In this document: in pieces, positions 26,809-30,861 of the stretch
How the letters are laid out: each line of letters opens with the position of its first letter
Numbering within the stretch: position 1 is the first letter of the stretch
Source of the DNA: a virus
Taxonomy: Duplodnaviria; Caudoviricetes
Length of the DNA: 30,861 nucleotides
IMG/VR virus record: IMGVR_UViG_3300037465_000419
Span: 1 to 30,861 of that record
Strand: one strand, 5' to 3'
Notes under the pieces: model-generated
What the model was told of the DNA's origin: nothing
The model's database searches: none
The model's input: only the letters and a program-made list of their open reading frames with translations
Program-made: the position numbers and the translations under genes

Positions 26809-27051
26809 CTACTCCTGTTCTTTCCTTTTACCAAACTTAACTTTATCTTCTGATTTAAAGGTTGGTATAGCCCAAACTGTCTTGTCGTCATCATTTTCTT
26901 CGTCTATCTTTTCTATTTTGTTGGCTCTAGAAGATTGAAAATCGACAGTTCCATTATTAAGGTTAATGTTCAGGTCTATTGTTATGTTTAGCTGACATTC
27001 CCCTTCTTTAGTAACAAGATGAACTTGCGTGGGCCTGATTAGATTTCCCAT
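26809..27051 (-). CDS. Hypothetical protein (80 aa) upstream of the actin homolog
   Basis: Co-oriented ORF with alternating hydrophobic strand LNITIDLNINLN and C-terminal WAIPTF...VKFGK. Confidence 0.65.
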   Translation of the reverse strand: MGNLIRPTQVHLVTKEGECQLNITIDLNINLNNGTVDFQSSRANKIEKIDEENDDDKTVWAIPTFKSEDKVKFGKRKEQE

Positions 27052-27057
27052 AACTAA

Positions 27058-27416
27058 TTATATAGGCCAACGATCCAGCATTTTTTCTATTCCAACTTCT
27101 ATTTCTCTTGCTGTTAATTCGGTAACATATGGCCGCAAACCCAATGGCGTTCTCTGATTATTTGGTCCAACTATCTGTGCTGTACATTTTGGGTGCGAAC
27201 AGTAAAGATAATTGTAACACGGCCCGCCACAAGGCCAATCTCCATTATCTCTATGTTTCTGGACTAAGACAAAATCATAAAACTTTCCTCGCAACTTCCC
27301 GTCAACATGGGTAAAAATACCGACTAAGGGTTTCCCTATTTATTCCGTTTGTTGTAGAAGTCCCGCAAAGTCGTTGTTTCGACAGGCTTGGGCTTCTTCT
27401 TTAGTCCTAATACCAT
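27058..27416 (-). pseudogene. Possibly frameshifted Cys-containing hypothetical gene
   Basis: A 26-aa ORF from ATG 27416 stops at TAG 27336-27338. The -1 frame continues IGKPLVGIFTHVDGKLRGKF... to 27058 and has only a TTG start. Confidence 0.4.
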
Positions 27417-27431
27417 ATTATAATATAGTAA

Positions 27432-27468
27432 AACAAAAACAGCCTGTCAGAGACAGGCTGTTTTTGTT
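27432..27468 (-). terminator. Rho-independent terminator (could act in both directions)
   Basis: Perfect 17-bp inverted repeat AACAAAAACAGCCTGTC-AGA-GACAGGCTGTTTTTGTT, 15 nt after the stop of 27484..28086, with U-tracts on both strands. Confidence 0.9.
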
Positions 27469-27483
27469 AGGATAAATCCCTTA

Positions 27484-28086
27484 TTAGCTGTTGCATTGAA
27501 CTGCTACAGACAATATGATCTGTAGGGTTGTGTCGGCTGCGCCACCGTCAAATGCTAGTTTGGTTACTGCCAAATCACCAGCATTGAAGACCTGCGTATC
27601 GCCGTTAGCAAGTAACATAACTGCATTAACGTCGCCGTTAAGTTGTACAGTAATGTCTTGGGCTGCAATAGTACCCAAATTAGTCATTTGAACGAACGTT
27701 GCTGGTCCGCCCAAAGTGCCAACAATGTCAATGAAGTTAGTTGCGAATGTATCAGCAATGGCAACTGCATATGGGTAGAAGATTCTTGGGAAGGTGTTTT
27801 CCCCTGGAATATCCGAGTATATGCTGCCGTCATCTGTTAGGACTTCGATGAAAGCTACTTCTTGTGGAACCTGTGGGAAAGCAAAACGCTTCCAATAGTT
27901 ACAATCCGTAAATACCTGGCCGTCAAACAGTTCACGGTAGATGCGATTTGGACCAGCGCAGAACATAGTACGCTGCTTCGATGGCTGCATCTGATCGCCC
28001 AAGAAACCTGGGCTTGCCGTTGCTGGGTTCAAGTCAAGATAACCCTGTTTGCCTGGGTAATTTAGATGTACCTTAAAAACACTCAT
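27484..28086 (-). CDS. Probable virion structural protein (200 aa, beta-rich C-terminal domain)
   Basis: Own AAGGAG RBS, upstream TATATA and terminator. Ala/Gly/Thr/Val-rich composition. Confidence 0.6.
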   Translation of the reverse strand: MSVFKVHLNYPGKQGYLDLNPATASPGFLGDQMQPSKQRTMFCAGPNRIYRELFDGQVFTDCNYWKRFAFPQVPQEVAFIEVLTDDGSIYSDIPGENTFPRIFYPYAVAIADTFATNFIDIVGTLGGPATFVQMTNLGTIAAQDITVQLNGDVNAVMLLANGDTQVFNAGDLAVTKLAFDGGAADTTLQIILSVAVQCNS

Positions 28087-28143
28087 TAAACTTACTCCTT
28101 GTTAGTCTGGTCCTTCTGTCTGGTTTTATATATACTTTAATGC

Positions 28144-28449
28144 TTAAAAATCTTCAGGAATAGGAATTTTTGAGTCAGTTAAAATTGATTTTAAGTCATC
28201 TTTTTTTTCCAAATTACAAAAATATGCCATTTTGCCTTTATATTCACTTATTTTGGACTCCAAGATGACATTATCTTGACCACCTTGGAGTGCGTCCCTA
28301 CATGCAACAAAAACCATTAATCCTGGTAGTTCTTTTTCAATGTAAGTTCTAGCTTCTAAAATCTTATATAGAAAATCTTTATCTTCGCCAAAATAGCCCA
28401 AACAATAGTTGTCTTTAATATCTAAATATTGTGTAAAAGGTATAGTCAT
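28144..28449 (-). CDS. Hypothetical protein (101 aa)
   Basis: Protein-like ORF filling the gap. Confidence 0.6.
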   Translation of the reverse strand: MTIPFTQYLDIKDNYCLGYFGEDKDFLYKILEARTYIEKELPGLMVFVACRDALQGGQDNVILESKISEYKGKMAYFCNLEKKDDLKSILTDSKIPIPEDF

Positions 28450-28624
28450 GACAGAATCTCAAGAAAAAACTAAATTAGCATATGAAAGTTTCGAATGCTT
28501 CTTTAATCAGTTTAAACCTTTTGACTATTATAGTAAAATGGTACTGGAGATTTTCTTTAAGGTAGCTTTGGAGAAAAGATATGGAAAAGGTTTACCTCTG
28601 CCTTATCAAGAGGAACAAGAGTGA
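28448..28624 (+). CDS. Possible small hypothetical protein (58 aa)
   Basis: MTESQEKTKLAYESF... starts at the same CATG as the divergent gene. Confidence 0.4.
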   Translation: MTESQEKTKLAYESFECFFNQFKPFDYYSKMVLEIFFKVALEKRYGKGLPLPYQEEQE

Positions 28625-28937
28625 TGTTAAAATTGTCGGCACCATAGTTAGTTCTTATCACTTACAAACTTCAAGACTTGCTGATGTAGATATTTTAGGT
28701 CTACCAGCACAAGAACGAATGGATTTGAAAAAGATAATTGAAGATCATCGGATGGAATGGGAACCTTGGATTGAAACAGCACTCGATTATCACCAACTTA
28801 TGACTAATTTGCACAAACGAGGTATCAATGCGCCGCCTTCTGCCAACGCGCCCTTGATTAATTTCACTACTCAAGTTTCAAAGACCGTGGCCCTAAAGAT
28901 CAACAAAAACAGAATTATGATTCGCCGTATGAGTTGA
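28581..28937 (+). CDS. Hypothetical protein (118 aa)
   Basis: GGAG RBS upstream of the ATG. Confidence 0.65.
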   Translation: MEKVYLCLIKRNKSDVKIVGTIVSSYHLQTSRLADVDILGLPAQERMDLKKIIEDHRMEWEPWIETALDYHQLMTNLHKRGINAPPSANAPLINFTTQVSKTVALKINKNRIMIRRMS

Positions 28938-29235
28938 GAACATTAACAAAGAATTTAGGAATGCGAAATGTGCCTGATCTAACCTCTACCAGAAGAATAT
29001 TATCTCCATCACACTCAAGAATCGTTCCGCCTCTCCGCTTGAAATCTTTGGCCATTTCATAAAGATCACCTTGATCTACGTCCATCTTAGTTACTAGCCT
29101 TTTTAGACTTAGCTTGGACTCAACAATGCATCCTCGGTACTTTGGCTTGCGAGACTCAAACTTTTGCTTGCTCATCCACTTTCTAAAATCATTTAGTGAA
29201 AAATTAGGTTCCTTCCTATCATTTTTGTCCATCAT
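28915..29235 (-). CDS. Hypothetical protein (106 aa)
   Basis: Overlaps the end of the upstream gene. FSLNDFRKWM motif. Confidence 0.65.
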   Translation of the reverse strand: MMDKNDRKEPNFSLNDFRKWMSKQKFESRKPKYRGCIVESKLSLKRLVTKMDVDQGDLYEMAKDFKRRGGTILECDGDNILLVEVRSGTFRIPKFFVNVLNSYGES

Positions 29236-30052
29236 TGAAAAACCTTTTCAAATCAGTTACATTTATATATGTAGCAAACTCATAATCTAGACCTGAGTTA
29301 GTGTAACCTACATTAATTTTTGCTTTTTGCATCCAATAAAGATTGCCGTCGATCAAGTCGTGTGCTATCCTCTGTTGCGGGTAGGTCCATAAACCACCCT
29401 TGACAGGCATTGTTCCAGAACGTTCTTCTTTATACATTTCCAGAGCAGACATTATCATTAACTTCTTTACTTTAAATTTATAACATAACCCTATTGCGGC
29501 ACAAATAGGGTTTCTGTAGTCATCAATAAAGTATGTATTATCCTTATATGGCCCGCTATATATTTCTCCGCATGTAGGATAGTAAGTATATACTAGACCT
29601 TTATATACTTCTAGAAAATGGGCGTGTGTCCTTACAGAAGCAATACATTTTGGCCAGGATGTTATAATTTGTGGATAATTGTATAAGCAATCTTGGTAAG
29701 GATTGTTGACAACGTAATAATTCATGGACCTTTGGCTTGTCCATTTTGCAAACGCTTTATTTACACCAATAATTACCACATCTCCTGACAAAGCTTCAAT
29801 AGCTTTGGCACTTTCCTCAAAGCTGTAACCATCTCCAATAATTATTGCTTTCTCGTGGAAGATGTCTTCCATCACTTGATATTTCTTTAGACTATTTTTA
29901 AATTCATTTTCAATAATTAATTTCATATCGTCTAAAGGTGTAATATCATTGATATCAACTGGTTTAACCACTGGTTTAGTGAAATTTCTAATCCAGTGGC
30001 CAGACCTTGATAAACAGTAATCATTCTTATTTATATGGTGCTTAATTATCAT
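29219..30052 (-). CDS. Maf/MptE-like or sialyltransferase-like (GT-A variant) protein
   Basis: KAIIIGDGYSF...VVIIGVN...YYV...AAIGLCYKFKVKKLMI matches the GxGPS...IxxN layout of this fold. Confidence 0.6.
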   Translation of the reverse strand: MIIKHHINKNDYCLSRSGHWIRNFTKPVVKPVDINDITPLDDMKLIIENEFKNSLKKYQVMEDIFHEKAIIIGDGYSFEESAKAIEALSGDVVIIGVNKAFAKWTSQRSMNYYVVNNPYQDCLYNYPQIITSWPKCIASVRTHAHFLEVYKGLVYTYYPTCGEIYSGPYKDNTYFIDDYRNPICAAIGLCYKFKVKKLMIMSALEMYKEERSGTMPVKGGLWTYPQQRIAHDLIDGNLYWMQKAKINVGYTNSGLDYEFATYINVTDLKRFFNDGQK

Positions 30053-30055
30053 ATT

Positions 30056-30861
30056 TTATCTTGGCGGAATGACTAAGTTACTTAGCAATTTTTCTAAGTC
30101 TGGACTTGGCCTTAATTCCACTGGCACGCCGTTCCATCGCATTTCAACAACAGGATTTTCAGGCATTACTAATTGAATAGTTCTTGGAATATTTTCAATG
30201 ATCTCAATTGTTTTTGGAATGCCCGTAACCTGAAGCGTTTGTGGCATTCCTGTTACTTCCAGTTTGAGAACGCTTGGGAAGTCAGGTGCAGGTTCCACTA
30301 AAATCTTACGAGGAACTTCTGTAGCATCCAACATAATTTTGTTTGGCAAATTATGAACGATTTCAATACTCTTCGGAACATCGCCGCGAATCATAATAGT
30401 ATCAGGTATCGGCTGGCTTGGACCAACCAACCTGATCTCTTCTGGTACGTTTCCTCTTAGGAAAATCTCCTTCGGAATATCGTGCATCACCTTGATATCT
30501 TTAATTTTTGGCACAACCAACTTAATCTCCGATGGCAACAATTCATTCAAATTGATTGGAATTCCAGCATCCTCGATAGGATCATCTGGCGGACTCATTG
30601 TTGGGCCAACTGAAAACACATTAGGCCCAGCAGCAAAACTCGTTGGAGATGTTGTGGATGGACATACAATGTGTACAGTAACCACAGGAGGTGTACCCCA
30701 ATTAACTGATACGGTTGGTGGCGTGCAGAAGTCTATACATGGGAATGTCGGCGGGTCGCAGAATCGAATACAATCAAAACTTGGCGGTGTACAGAAATCT
30801 ATACACGCAAAGTTTGGTGGTGGGCAAAAACTTATGCATGGCATCGTCGGCGGGTCGCAGA
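30056..30861 (-). CDS. Repeat-rich probable virion structural protein, 5'-partial
   Basis: The frame is open to the right edge (..CDPPTMPCIS..), so Met 30844 is internal. Cys/Pro repeats are followed by (I/V/L)PxxIx(L/I) repeats. Confidence 0.7.
   Translation of the reverse strand, partial: CDPPTMPCISFCPPPNFACIDFCTPPSFDCIRFCDPPTFPCIDFCTPPTVSVNWGTPPVVTVHIVCPSTTSPTSFAAGPNVFSVGPTMSPPDDPIEDAGIPINLNELLPSEIKLVVPKIKDIKVMHDIPKEIFLRGNVPEEIRLVGPSQPIPDTIMIRGDVPKSIEIVHNLPNKIMLDATEVPRKILVEPAPDFPSVLKLEVTGMPQTLQVTGIPKTIEIIENIPRTIQLVMPENPVVEMRWNGVPVELRPSPDLEKLLSNLVIPPR
30709..30861 (-). repeat. 33-bp/11-aa coding tandem repeat FCxPPxFxCIx
   Basis: (F)CDPPTMPCIS / FCPPPNFACID / FCTPPSFDCIR / FCDPPTFPCID / FCTPPTV. 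Confidence 0.9.

Noticed and set aside
1-30861. Stop-codon reassignment (TAG read as Gln); read-through of TAG at 24710 and 26809 would end in overlaps with the next start
   Set aside because: All long conserved genes (portal, terminase, primase, glpX, actin) are intact in the standard code with no internal TAG, so the overlaps are probably chance.

Overview
This window is best read as a fragment of a large, AT-rich, T4-like (jumbo-type) tailed phage genome. The left half is the head morphogenesis module on the minus strand: terminase large subunit, a portal protein interrupted by a 232-aa intein, a large unknown head-region protein, prohead protease and a partial scaffold. Dispersed accessory genes include a 2H phosphoesterase (Acb1/gp57B-like), a ferritin-like protein, a CYTH enzyme, an M4/M36-like metalloprotease, a Cas4/RecB-like nuclease, DNA primase, GlpX class II FBPase and several glycosyl-, sulfo- and methyltransferase-like genes. 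The most striking item is a phage-encoded actin homolog that appears to belong to the volactin family, followed by a candidate three-way-junction leader RNA. Other signals are a recurring TA(T/A/G)ATA late-promoter-like motif, T4 capsid-targeting-like N-termini, a GATC 4-bp duplication that breaks a methyltransferase gene, and Cys/Pro and acidic repeat proteins. No tRNA, rRNA or CRISPR array was seen. All calls come from motif recognition by eye; no database searches were run.
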